Of a DNA stretch of 64,000 nucleotides, positions 39,913-49,205 are shown piece by piece. A program made the position numbers and the translations under genes. Source of the DNA: an uncultured Methylomirabilota bacterium (GTDB lineage: Bacteria > Methylomirabilota > Methylomirabilia > Methylomirabilales > 2-02-FULL-66-22); assembly GCA_963845565.1 (NCBI GenBank), contig CAWJSJ010000005.1, forward strand, positions 384,001 through 448,000, in the 5' to 3' direction. Numbering within the stretch: the first letter of the stretch is position 1; the number at the start of each line of letters is the position of its first letter. The notes beneath the pieces are model-generated. The model had not been told where the DNA came from. It saw only the letters and a program-made list of their open reading frames with translations, and did no database searches.

Positions 39913-40527
39913 CTACTTGCCCTGGATCGTAAAGTGCCCTCGCCGATTCCACTTCCAGGCGCTCTCGTCGTGACCGAGGACGAAGGGGCGCTCCTTGCCA
40001 TAGGAGATCGTGGACACCCGATCGGCGGCGATGCCGGCGGCGATGAGGTAATCCTTCACCGACTTGGCGCGGCGCTCGCCCAGGCCGAGGTTGTACTCGG
40101 CGGTGCCGCGTTCGTCGGTATGGCCCTCGATGAGGAGCTTGGCGCCCGCATTGCCCTTCAGCCAGCCCACGTTGTCGTTGAGGGCGGCCTTCTGGTCGTC
40201 GCGGATGTTGGACTTGTCGAAGTCAAAGAAGACGTCCTTGAGGGGGGACGGACCAGGCACGGCCGCTGCCGCCGCCGGGGCTGCCGCCGCCGGGGCCGGT
40301 TGAACCGGCGTTTCCGCCGGGGCGGGGGTCCGGGTCACCGGCGTCTCCGCGGTCCGCGGGGCTGGCTGGGCTGGCGCCGCCGGGGCGGGGGATGTGGCGG
40401 CTTGCGGGCCGACCGCGGCCGGGCCAGCCTGCAGCACCTCGGGCCGCTTGGGGCAGCCGTAGAGCGCAAGGGACCCGATCAGGACCACCGCCGCGAAGAG
40501 CACCTGCACGTTCGACCGAAATCGCAT
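39913..40527 (-). CDS. pal: Peptidoglycan-associated lipoprotein
   Basis: Lipobox LYG-C, Pro/Ala linker, VFFDFDKS, IEGHTDERGTAEYNLGLGERRA, SYGKERP, NRR; AAGGAGGAG RBS. Confidence 0.95.
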   Translation of the reverse strand: MRFRSNVQVLFAAVVLIGSLALYGCPKRPEVLQAGPAAVGPQAATSPAPAAPAQPAPRTAETPVTRTPAPAETPVQPAPAAAAPAAAAAVPGPSPLKDVFFDFDKSNIRDDQKAALNDNVGWLKGNAGAKLLIEGHTDERGTAEYNLGLGERRAKSVKDYLIAAGIAADRVSTISYGKERPFVLGHDESAWKWNRRGHFTIQGK

Positions 40528-40864
40528 CAGACTCCTCCTTTCCCAATCGTCAGTGATGTTGAATCTTGGATGGGCGAACTTCGCCAAGTATAACCGAACC
40601 AGCAAAACCGCTCGCAAGGATATGGGCAATCGCCTTTTTATTCAAGAGAAAACGTACAACGGCCCGTTCGGCGAGCACGGACCTGATAAACCGGCCTCCC
40701 GGCTCCATCCTGCGGACCGTGACGGTGGGGACTTTACGCCTCGCGCGACCCCGGAAGATTTCGCTGGCGAGAACGCGCCGGGATGATGGTATCATCCCGA
40801 ACCAGGCAGGTCGTGGCCCCCGAGCGGGGGGATGGGGAGCCTTGCGGACGTGGCGGATACCAAG

Positions 40865-40896
40865 GGAACCCTGGACGGCGCCGACGGTCTTACCCT
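40865..40896 (+). promoter_or_regulatory. ECF (sigma-E-like) autoregulatory promoter
   Basis: GGAAC-N17-GTCTTACCCT, identical architecture to the site at 42809. Confidence 0.7.
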
Positions 40897-40918
40897 AGAG
40901 AAGACGGAAGGCGACACC

Positions 40919-41533
40919 GTGGCGGCGGCCACGGTGGACGAGGATCGTCGGCTGGTGGATCGGGCGCGAGCGGGCGACGTCCAGGCCTTCGAGGCGCTGG
41001 TCCGCCGGTACGAACGGTGGGTGTTCACGTTGGCGGTTCGCATGGTGGGGGACCGCGCCCAGGCCGAGGACCTGGCCCAGGAGGTGTTCCTCAAGGCGTA
41101 TCGCGGGCTGCGGGGTTTCCGCGGGGGTGCCCGCTTCTCCACCTGGCTCTACGCCATCGCCAGCCACCACTGCCTGAATTATCTGACCGGGCGGGAGTCC
41201 CGGATGCGACGGGCGGAGCGGACCGACGGCCCGACGGACGGCCGCGGGGGCAGCCCGTCGTCGGTATGGGACCGTGTGGCGGACGAGGCGCCGGGACCGG
41301 ATGCCGTGCTGGAGCGGCGAGACCTGCGACGGCTGATCCAGGATGAACTGCTGCGCCTCTCGGAGGATCACCGGATGGCGGTCGTCTTGCGGGACATCCA
41401 GGGGATGTCCTACGAGGAGATGGCGGAAACGCTGGGGGTCGAGCTGGGGACGGTCCGCTCGCGGCTGCACCGCGCGCGCATGGAACTCAAGGCGCGACTG
41501 GGGCCGTCTCTGGGCGACAGGAGCCGGACATGA
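40919..41533 (+). CDS. ECF RNA polymerase sigma factor (RpoE/SigW-like)
   Basis: GD..AF..LV.RY, AEDLAQEVFLKAY, FSTWLY.IA, SYEEMAETLG..LGTVRSRLHRAR. Start moved to GTG 40919, downstream of the ECF promoter. Confidence 0.93.
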   Translation: MAAATVDEDRRLVDRARAGDVQAFEALVRRYERWVFTLAVRMVGDRAQAEDLAQEVFLKAYRGLRGFRGGARFSTWLYAIASHHCLNYLTGRESRMRRAERTDGPTDGRGGSPSSVWDRVADEAPGPDAVLERRDLRRLIQDELLRLSEDHRMAVVLRDIQGMSYEEMAETLGVELGTVRSRLHRARMELKARLGPSLGDRSRT

Positions 41534-42669
41534 CGTGCGAGGAGGCGCGCGAGGCCTTCACGGATCTGTACGACGGCACGCTCTCGGGCCCGCCCTTGGT
41601 GGCCCTCAGCCGGCACCTGGACGGGTGCCCGACCTGTCGCCGGGAGTGGGTGGCGTTTCGCCTGACCGCCGGCGCGCTGGGGGAGTTACGGGACGAGGAG
41701 CCGTCGCCGGGCTTCGCGGCGCGGGTCGCCGAGCGGATCGAGGCACCCCGCGGGTGGCGCCGGCTCGCGTCGTCTCTGGTGTTTCCGCTGCGACTGAAGC
41801 TGCCGATTCACGCCGCGGCCCTCGTGATGCTTGGCGTGGCGGGACTGTGGGTGTCCCAGCGGTCTCCCGAGATCCAGCGGGCCGCCAACCCGGGCGCACC
41901 GGTGGTGGAACGCCCCGCGACGGTAGCGCCGCCCGCGACGGTCCCGGACGTCCCGACACCCGAGGCGAGGCTCGCGACGCAGAAACCGCCCGCGCCGGTC
42001 GCTCCTCGCTCAGCCCCGCCGGCTCCGGCGCCGCCTGCGGCCGCCAAGATCGAGGCGCCCGCGATCGTCCGGGAAGAGCAGGCCGCTCCGCCGCCACCGC
42101 CGGGCGGGGTGTCTCAGCCTGCGGCCGAGGCGCCGACCCCGTCGCTGGCGAAGAGATCGGACTCCGAGGCTTCGGCGCCACGACTCTCGCGGTCCGCACC
42201 CGCTCCATCCGACGTGCGCGATCGATCGCAGGCGGAAGGTCTGACCGCCGCCGCCCCGGCCGCGAAGGAGGCGAGGGCCGCCGCGCCCGGCCGCCGGACG
42301 GCTGACGAGCTCTTCTCCGCCGCGGCCACGGAGTTCGCCGCCCAAAGTTATGCGCAGGCCGTTCCGCATCTGCAGGCGTTCCTGGCGCAGTACCCGTCCG
42401 ATGGCCGTGCGCCGGACGCCCTGTTCCTGCTCGCCGAGGCGCACCGCGCGCAGCAGCAGTACGCCCAGGCGGGCGCGGCGTTCGCGGCGTTCGTCACTCG
42501 GTATCCCGCACATCGGCGAGCCGCGACGGCTCTCTATCGGCAGGGGGAAGTCGCGCTGGCGGCGGGTGACTCCTCCGGATGCGCCATCCTGCGCGAGGCG
42601 TTGGGCCGATACCCCGAGGCCCGCGAGGCCGCCCCTGCCCGGGAGAGCCTCTCCGGGCACTGCCCGTGA
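41530..42669 (+). CDS. Zinc-binding anti-sigma factor (zf-HC2) with TM, Pro-rich linker and C-terminal CpoB/YbgF-like TPR domain
   Basis: MTCEEARE...HLDGCPTC (HxxxCxxC), one TM, P/A-rich spacer, then FLAQYPSDGRAPDALFLLAE...F..FVTRYP.H..A..ALYR.G...YP; ATGA overlap with the sigma gene. Confidence 0.85.
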   Translation: MTCEEAREAFTDLYDGTLSGPPLVALSRHLDGCPTCRREWVAFRLTAGALGELRDEEPSPGFAARVAERIEAPRGWRRLASSLVFPLRLKLPIHAAALVMLGVAGLWVSQRSPEIQRAANPGAPVVERPATVAPPATVPDVPTPEARLATQKPPAPVAPRSAPPAPAPPAAAKIEAPAIVREEQAAPPPPPGGVSQPAAEAPTPSLAKRSDSEASAPRLSRSAPAPSDVRDRSQAEGLTAAAPAAKEARAAAPGRRTADELFSAAATEFAAQSYAQAVPHLQAFLAQYPSDGRAPDALFLLAEAHRAQQQYAQAGAAFAAFVTRYPAHRRAATALYRQGEVALAAGDSSGCAILREALGRYPEAREAAPARESLSGHCP

Positions 42670-42808
42670 TTCCGTGAGAGACGGGCAGCGATCGGGACGG
42701 CGACGACAGGAGAGCTGAACCATTCCGGCCGCCGTGACGACGGACGATCCCTCGCGGTCCCCATCCTCCCCCCCAACCCCTGATCCCGAGATTCCCGTTC
42801 CCTTTCGC

Positions 42809-42840
42809 GGAACTTTTTCCGTCGGCGCCGGTCTTACCCT
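42809..42840 (+). promoter_or_regulatory. ECF (sigma-E-like) promoter of the DUF4139 gene
   Basis: GGAACTT-N16-TCTTA, i.e. GGAAC-N17-GTCTTACCCT. Confidence 0.75.
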
Positions 42841-42886
42841 GCAGAGCGGTTGTCAGGCGAATCATTGAGCGACAGGAGGAGAAGCG

Positions 42887-44308
42887 ATGCGTGCGTCATG
42901 GTGGATGTTTGTCGGGGTCCTGGTATCGCTGTCCGGAGGCGTCACGGACGCGGTGGTGGCCGCGCCCGGTCGCAGTGCGGTCACGCGCGAGCAGCAGAAG
43001 GAGATGTCCGTCACGATCTACAACGGGAATCTGGGTCTCGTGAAGGACGTCCGGGAACTCCAGCTTCCGGCCGGAACCCATGAGGTGCAGTTCGCCGATG
43101 TGGCCTCCCAGATCGATCCCACCACGGTGCACCTGAAATCGCTCGCAGATCCCACCGGCGTGCGCATCCTGGAGCAGAATTACGAGTACGACCTGCTGAG
43201 TCCGCAGAAGCTCCTGGACAAGTACGTGGGGAAGAGCGTGAAACTGATGACGGGAGACGGCGCGCTGATCGACGCCGTCCTGCTGGCAAACAACAACGGC
43301 CCGATCTACCAGATCAATGGCCAGATCCACCTGGGGCATCCCGGCCGGGTGATCCTTCCCGAACTGCCCGAGAACCTGATCGCCAGGCCGACCCTGGTGT
43401 GGCGCCTGCAGAGCGGCCTGGCGCGCCCCCAGCGGGTGGAAGCATCGTATCTGACCTCTGGGATCACCTGGAAGGCCGATTACGTGGTGGTACTGAACGC
43501 CAAGGATACCGGCGGCGACCTGTCGGGGTGGGTGACGATCGACAACAAGAGCGGGGCCAGCTACCCCGATGCGGCGCTCAAGCTGGTCGCGGGGGACGTT
43601 CATCGGGCCCCCGCGAAGCAGGAACTGCGGGCGGTGATGGAATCTGCCGCGAAGGTGGCCGCGGCGCCCCGGCCGCAGTTCCAGGAGGAGTCGTTCTTCG
43701 AGTATCACCTGTACTCCCTGCAGGGGCGAACCACCATCAAGCAGAACCAGACCAAACAGATCAGCCTGCTGGATGCGCCGGATATCGCCATCAAGAAGGA
43801 GTTGCGGTTCTCCGGGGCCAGCCAGTACTACCGCGGCCAGCTCGGCACGCCGATCTCGAATCAGAAGGTCGGCGTGTTTCTGGAAATCGCCAACACGGAG
43901 CAGCACCGACTCGGCATCCCGCTCCCCAAGGGGACCGTGCGGGTGTACAAGGCCGCAGCCGACCAGAGCCTGCAATTCATCGGGGAAGACGTCATCGATC
44001 ACACGCCAAAGGACGAGAAGGTCACGATCAAGATGGGGGAAGCCTTCGACGTGGTGGGGGAACGCACGCAGCGGGACTGGAAGAAGATCGCCTGGAACCT
44101 GTACGAGACCGAGTGGGACGTCGAGCTCCGGAACCACAAAAAGGAGGACGTCGAGGTCGCCATCATCGAGCCGGTTCCGGGCGACTGGGAGGTCGTGAAG
44201 AGCAGCCACCCCTACACCAAGGTCGAGGCCCATACCCTCAAGTACCTGGTGAAGGTCCCGAAGGACGGAAAGGTGACGGTGACCTATCGCGTGCGAATGC
44301 GCTGGTAG
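42887..44308 (+). CDS. Secreted DUF4139/DUF4140-domain protein
   Basis: Signal peptide; SVTIYN.NLGLVKDVR, EQNYEYDLL, SYLT.GI.WKADY, EYHLY.L, G.PLPKG.VRVY, G.AFDV. Confidence 0.88.
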   Translation: MRASWWMFVGVLVSLSGGVTDAVVAAPGRSAVTREQQKEMSVTIYNGNLGLVKDVRELQLPAGTHEVQFADVASQIDPTTVHLKSLADPTGVRILEQNYEYDLLSPQKLLDKYVGKSVKLMTGDGALIDAVLLANNNGPIYQINGQIHLGHPGRVILPELPENLIARPTLVWRLQSGLARPQRVEASYLTSGITWKADYVVVLNAKDTGGDLSGWVTIDNKSGASYPDAALKLVAGDVHRAPAKQELRAVMESAAKVAAAPRPQFQEESFFEYHLYSLQGRTTIKQNQTKQISLLDAPDIAIKKELRFSGASQYYRGQLGTPISNQKVGVFLEIANTEQHRLGIPLPKGTVRVYKAAADQSLQFIGEDVIDHTPKDEKVTIKMGEAFDVVGERTQRDWKKIAWNLYETEWDVELRNHKKEDVEVAIIEPVPGDWEVVKSSHPYTKVEAHTLKYLVKVPKDGKVTVTYRVRMRW

Positions 44309-44314
44309 GCCTTT

Positions 44315-44484
44315 CAGGCTGCTGACAACGGCCCATCTGGGGGACAGCCTGCGGCGGGACCCGCTGTTCGGGCGCTCGTTGCGGCGTACCTGAAGTACGC
44401 CTCACTCGGCCCATCACTTGCCGCCTTGCGTCTGGTCCTTTTTGAGCAGCCTGAGCGAGAAATGGTTTTTCCGTAGCCTGCTGA
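44315..44484. repeat. Family-A MITE/REP-like element, copy 1
   Basis: Imperfect terminal IRs CAGGCTGCTGACAACGGCCCATCTG...TCTGGTCCTTTTTGAGCAGCCTG plus a degenerate third end TTTTTCCGTAGCCTG; homologous to 59443 and 62755. Confidence 0.85.
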
Positions 44485-44563
44485 GGCGCGGCGGAGGCGG
44501 TCCGGCCAAACGGTGGGAGCCCGCGTCCGCCGTGTTGTGGCGGGATGTCAGGCAAAGAATATC

Positions 44564-44592
44564 TTGGACAAAACCGGCTGACGTGTTATAGT
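44564..44592 (+). promoter_or_regulatory. Sigma-70 promoter of the DEAD helicase
   Basis: TTGGAC-N17-TATAGT with extended TG, about 200 nt upstream of ATG 44791. Confidence 0.55.
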
Positions 44593-44790
44593 GCCACCCT
44601 TCCGCGACGGATGCCGAGCGATTCAGGCCTGAAGCGGGACACAAGAGTAGGGCAGGTCACAGAGCCTGAACGGCGGTCTCTCCGGCGATCCCTCCGTTTA
44701 TCCCACTATTCAAATCCAGCCGGACACAATTGCGGTCACACCCGACCCATGCGGGGCGCTGGTGCGTTCGCGGAAAGTACAGGGAGACGT

Positions 44791-46245
44791 ATGTCGTTTG
44801 CAGAATTCGGACTCGATACAGAACTGTTGAAGGCCACCGAGCGCATGGGGTTCGAGCATCCCACGCCGATCCAGCGGGCGGCCATCCCGCCGCTCATGCA
44901 AGGCCGGGATGTCCTGGCTACCGCCATGACGGGCAGCGGGAAGACGGCGGCGTTCCTCTTGCCGATCTTGCATCACCTGAAAGGCAAGCGGCGGGGGACC
45001 ACCCGGGCGCTGGTCGTGGCTCCCACGCGGGAACTCGCCGCCCAGATCACGGAGCACCTCCACGGTCTGGCGGGGAACAGCGGCGTGGCGGGCGCGGCGG
45101 TCTATGGCGGCGTCGCCATGGGGCCGCAGGAGCAGGCGTTCCGGAAGGGAGTGGACGTGCTCATCGCCACGCCCGGCCGGCTCCTGGATCATCTCCAGCG
45201 TCCGTATGCCCGGCTCGACGGCGTCGAGTACCTGGTGCTGGATGAGGCGGACCGGATGCTCGACATGGGCTTCCTGCCGGATATCCGCCGCGTCCTCGCG
45301 TACCTGCCCAAGAAGCGGCGGACGCTCTTGTTCTCGGCGACGCTGCCGGCGCCCATCGTCGAGTTGGCCAACGACATGCTGGACAACCCGGTGGCGTTGA
45401 ATATCGAGCGGAAGGCGGCTCCGGCGTCCGGGGTGACCCAGACGGTGTACCCGGTTCCGCACGAGCTCAAGTCGCACCTGCTCCTGGCGCTCCTGCGGGA
45501 GGGTGGGGCCAAGAGCATCCTGGCCTTCACGCGGACCAAGCATCGGGCCAATCGGCTGGCCGATTTCCTGGAGCGGAACGGCGTCCCGTGCGCCCGCATC
45601 CACGGCAACCGCAGCCAGATGCAGCGGACCGACGCGCTGGCCGGCTTCAAGAAGGGGCGCTTCCGCGTCCTGGTCGCCACCGACATCGCCGCCCGCGGCA
45701 TTGACGTGGAGGAGTTGGGACTGGTCGTCAACTTCGACGTGCCGCACCTCCCTGATGACTACATCCATCGGGTCGGGCGCACGGCCCGGATGGAGGCGAC
45801 GGGTGATGCTTTCACGTTCGTCTCGCCGGAGGAAGAGGGGGGGCTGCGCGACATCGAGCGGCACATCGGGAAGCGCCTGCCGCGTCAGCAGGTCGCCGGC
45901 TTCGACTACGCGAAGCGGCCCGCGGAGCGGCTGGAGATCCCGCTGGCAGAGCGCATTGCCGCCATCCGCGCGCGCAAGAAGGACGAGCGGACGCGCGCCA
46001 AGGCGAACGCCGATCGCCGGACCGCCAACGGGGGGCCGGCGCGCCCCTTCAGCAGCGGACGGCCGCAGCGCAACGCGCCCGGCGGTCCGCAGACGCGCTC
46101 GGCAGGTCCCAAGCGGGTCGGAGCCGGCATGGCGTGGCTGCAGGCCAATGCGGGACGCCCCGACCGTGGACCGGCGCCGGCCGGCGCCCAGCGCGCTGCG
46201 GGCGTGCGCGCGGCATTCGGCGGGCGCCTCGGCTCTTCGCGGTAG
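44791..46245 (+). CDS. DEAD-box RNA helicase (RhlE-like)
   Basis: Q motif PTPIQ, TGSGKT, PTRELA, TPGRL, DEAD, SAT, ARGID, HRVGRTAR; basic C-terminal tail. Confidence 0.96.
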   Translation: MSFAEFGLDTELLKATERMGFEHPTPIQRAAIPPLMQGRDVLATAMTGSGKTAAFLLPILHHLKGKRRGTTRALVVAPTRELAAQITEHLHGLAGNSGVAGAAVYGGVAMGPQEQAFRKGVDVLIATPGRLLDHLQRPYARLDGVEYLVLDEADRMLDMGFLPDIRRVLAYLPKKRRTLLFSATLPAPIVELANDMLDNPVALNIERKAAPASGVTQTVYPVPHELKSHLLLALLREGGAKSILAFTRTKHRANRLADFLERNGVPCARIHGNRSQMQRTDALAGFKKGRFRVLVATDIAARGIDVEELGLVVNFDVPHLPDDYIHRVGRTARMEATGDAFTFVSPEEEGGLRDIERHIGKRLPRQQVAGFDYAKRPAERLEIPLAERIAAIRARKKDERTRAKANADRRTANGGPARPFSSGRPQRNAPGGPQTRSAGPKRVGAGMAWLQANAGRPDRGPAPAGAQRAAGVRAAFGGRLGSSR

Positions 46246-46291
46246 CAGGCGGCCGAATACGCCCATCTGCATGGCATCATCGGCGTGTGAA

Positions 46292-46336
46292 AAACGACAA
46301 ACGCCGGTCGGAGTATCCGACCGGCGTTTGTCGTTT
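46292..46336. terminator. Bidirectional terminator between convergent genes
   Basis: Perfect 21-bp stem AAACGACAAACGCCGGTCGGA/TCCGACCGGCGTTTGTCGTTT with a 3-nt loop. Confidence 0.75.
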
Positions 46337-46403
46337 GTTGGGTGGCCATTCGTTGTTCTTCACACGCGGGGCTCGTCAGGCGAGAGGTCGCCTCATTTCC
46401 CGG

Positions 46404-46898
46404 TCACGCGGTGTCGGAAAGTCGTGCGTCCAGTTGTGCGAGAGTCTCGTGGTGCCAGGGAAGGGCGGCAGGCGGGGACTTCCGGGCGAGTTCGGCCACC
46501 AGGACGGCGAGTTTCCGGTGGTACGCCCGCGCCGTCTCGATGTGCCCCATGGCGAGCGCGGCCTGGGCCGCACCTGCGTACACGCGGTCTGGAGCCGTGA
46601 CCCCATAGAGCGCCGGCGACAGCCCCATGGCCTTCTCGGCCTTCTGGAAGGCTTCGAGGGCACCGCGAGGGTCCCGACGATTCTGGAGCAGATCCTCGCC
46701 CTCCGACCGCCACAGCGGGCCCGAGCGTTCGAAGGCTACCTCTTCCAGTGCCGCACGCCGCAGGGCCCGAGCGTCTCCCCAGCGCCGCTCGTCCTCGAGG
46801 TGCCGGATGGCGTGCAGCAGATTGACGACGCGCACTCCCCGTCCAATGCCGGGGAGCCACTCCAGACCCTTGAGAAACGATCGCGTCAGTGTCCTCAT
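46404..46898 (-). CDS. Hypothetical alpha-helical (TPR-like) protein
   Basis: ATGA overlap with the NUDIX stop; amphipathic helices (GALEAFQKAE, AQAALAMGHIETARAY). Confidence 0.6.
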   Translation of the reverse strand: MRTLTRSFLKGLEWLPGIGRGVRVVNLLHAIRHLEDERRWGDARALRRAALEEVAFERSGPLWRSEGEDLLQNRRDPRGALEAFQKAEKAMGLSPALYGVTAPDRVYAGAAQAALAMGHIETARAYHRKLAVLVAELARKSPPAALPWHHETLAQLDARLSDTA

Positions 46899-47446
46899 GG
46901 CTGCCGCTCGCGCCGTGCCAGAAAAGCGGTCTGGAGACCGATGATGGTCTTGCCGTCCCGAATCGTCCCATCCGCGATGCGCTGGAGGGCGTGCTCCAGG
47001 GGCATCTCGACCACCTCGAGCACTTCGTCGTGTTCCAGGTTCTGGACGCCCGGGATGAGTTCGGTGGCCAGATAGATGTGGATGATTTCGTCCGTGAAGC
47101 CGGGTGTGGTGAAAAAAGTGAGCAGGTGTTCGAGGTGCCCGGCGCGGCGGCCGGTCTCCTCCTCCAATTCCCGTTCCGCGCACGCCAGCGGATTCTCACC
47201 GGGATCGAGCTTGCCGGCGGGAATCTCGTAGATGAATCCGCCTGCGGCATGCCGATACTGGCGGATCAGGAGGACGGTCCCGTCCTCCTGCAGCGGCACG
47301 ACGGCGGACGCGCCCTGGTGCCGGATCACCTCCAGCTCGACCGTGGCACCGTTGGGCAGCGTCACGGTTTCCACTCCCAGATTCACCACACGCCCGCGAT
47401 AGATCTCTCGCCGCTGGTCCGCCGGGCGATCCGGGGGGTGCGTCAC
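46895..47446 (-). CDS. NUDIX hydrolase, ADP-ribose pyrophosphatase-like
   Basis: RQYRH, EIPAGKLDPGENPLACAERELEEETG Nudix box, TPGFTDE, DGKT. Confidence 0.92.
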   Translation of the reverse strand: MTHPPDRPADQRREIYRGRVVNLGVETVTLPNGATVELEVIRHQGASAVVPLQEDGTVLLIRQYRHAAGGFIYEIPAGKLDPGENPLACAERELEEETGRRAGHLEHLLTFFTTPGFTDEIIHIYLATELIPGVQNLEHDEVLEVVEMPLEHALQRIADGTIRDGKTIIGLQTAFLARRERQP

Positions 47447-48975
47447 GGTGCGACCTGGATTCGCCCGTCGGTCGTCGGGGCGATGGGGCCGATCTTCAGG
47501 CGCTCGAGGACGAGATCCGAATCCATGGGCCCGCTCATGGGATTCACCAGGACCTTGGCCTGCTGGAGCATCGTGTAGCCGTCGCCTCCTCCCATCAGGA
47601 ACTCGAAGGTCGCCACGGTGTACCGGGCGGCGGGGTCCAGCGGCTTGCCGCCGACCGTCGCCGAGACGAGGCGGGAGCCGGCCGGTTTCGTCGGGTCAAA
47701 CACATACCGGAGGCCGGAGACCTGGGGGAACCGGCCGGCGATCTTCTCGTGCTGGCTGAGGCCGTTCTCCAGGGCGGCGCGCAACGTCTCGCCGGTCACC
47801 TCCAGTTTCACGACCTTGTTGGCGAAGGGCAGGATCTTCAGGACGTCCCCCCGCGTGAGTGGGCCGGCGGGGGTCACCGCGTTTCCGCGAATCCCACCGC
47901 CGTTCACCAGGGCCACGTCCGCCCCCATGGCCTCGCGCATCAGGTCGGCGATCAGGTTCCCCACCGGGGATTCCTTCACGCGGACGATCTCGTTCCGGGT
48001 ATCCAATGGAACCGCGGTCGCACCCGCGCCCACACCCAACTGGGCGGACATGCGACCCTCGAAAGACTTGACCAGAGCGGCCACCTCGGGCTTCTCGGGG
48101 ATCTCGTCCGTGACGGCGATCAGTTCCCACTTGGTCTCGACGCGCCGGCCGTCCTTGCCGACGGAGACTAGAAGGTCGATCCGCCCGAGGTTCACCGCTT
48201 CCGAGCCCGTCTTGAGGATGAGCGTCTTCCCCACCTTGGCGTCCAGCGGGTCGTGCTCGTGCCCGCCGAGAATCAGGTCGATCTCCGGGACGGCCGCGGC
48301 CAGCCTCTTGTCGGCCGCCATGTCCTGGTGGGTCAAGGCCACGATCACGTCCGCCTTTGTCCGCCGGGCATGGGCCACGGCCTCCTTCGCCGCCGCAACG
48401 GGATCCAGGAACTTCAGGCCCTTGCCGCCCTTGGAGAGGACGCCGGTCTCGGGCGTGGTGAGGCCGATGAAGGCCACCCGGATGCCGCCGATGTCCCGCA
48501 GCACGAACGACACCGCATCGCCGAAGGGGAGGCCCGTGCCGGGGTCGAGCACGTTGCTGGACACCCAAGCGAACCGGGACTCCCGCATCCGCTGCAGGGT
48601 GACCTGCTCGCCGAAGTCGAACTCGTGGTTGCCGAAGGTGACCAGATCAACGCCCACGGCGTTGAGGCCGGCCACCATCTGGCTCCCCTGGAAGACGCTG
48701 GACATGGTAGAGGGCGACAGGAAATCGCCCGCCAGGACCAGCAAGGCGTCCGGTGCGTCCTTGGCAATCCGATCGCGCAGCGTGGCGATGCGCGCCAGGC
48801 CGCCCTTCTTTCCCTTCTCCACCGGCATGATGTCGTAGAGGTCGTTGAGTTGCAGGAGGGTGACGCGGCCCGAACGCTCAACCGGCGCTGCGGCGTGCAA
48901 CGACGGGATAGCCGTGACGAATAGCAGGCTGGCAGTGAGCAGTGCGAGGAACGTCCGACGAGTGACCGTGCGCAT
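47443..48975 (-). CDS. Exported 5'-nucleotidase / UDP-sugar hydrolase (metallophosphoesterase plus C-terminal domain)
   Basis: Tat-like TRRTFL signal, NDLY, GDFLS, GNHEFD, THQ, GGHEH, NGGGIR, PFAN, QVSG, GGDGY. Confidence 0.92.
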   Translation of the reverse strand: MRTVTRRTFLALLTASLLFVTAIPSLHAAAPVERSGRVTLLQLNDLYDIMPVEKGKKGGLARIATLRDRIAKDAPDALLVLAGDFLSPSTMSSVFQGSQMVAGLNAVGVDLVTFGNHEFDFGEQVTLQRMRESRFAWVSSNVLDPGTGLPFGDAVSFVLRDIGGIRVAFIGLTTPETGVLSKGGKGLKFLDPVAAAKEAVAHARRTKADVIVALTHQDMAADKRLAAAVPEIDLILGGHEHDPLDAKVGKTLILKTGSEAVNLGRIDLLVSVGKDGRRVETKWELIAVTDEIPEKPEVAALVKSFEGRMSAQLGVGAGATAVPLDTRNEIVRVKESPVGNLIADLMREAMGADVALVNGGGIRGNAVTPAGPLTRGDVLKILPFANKVVKLEVTGETLRAALENGLSQHEKIAGRFPQVSGLRYVFDPTKPAGSRLVSATVGGKPLDPAARYTVATFEFLMGGGDGYTMLQQAKVLVNPMSGPMDSDLVLERLKIGPIAPTTDGRIQVAP

Positions 48976-49205
48976 GGTGAGACTCCTCCCGCAAGGGTTC
49001 ACTTCAGACTCGTTACGCAAATCTAGTGGGTGGCCGACGACCCTGTCAAAGGAATTTCCACCGGCGAGACAGATTGCAGCGGTGGGAGGCGTGTGGTATG
49101 AAGAACCGCGGAGAGGCAAACCAGCAGGCAGCGGGCAGCTGGCAGACTGGGAAGAGGCGACAGGGCGACAGGGGCAGGGATAGCGACAGCGACAGGGACA
49201 GGGAA

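Noticed and set aside
49157..49205. GACAG(G/C) hexamer-like run before rbsK
   Set aside because: Short, imperfect low-complexity tract with no evidence of phase variation
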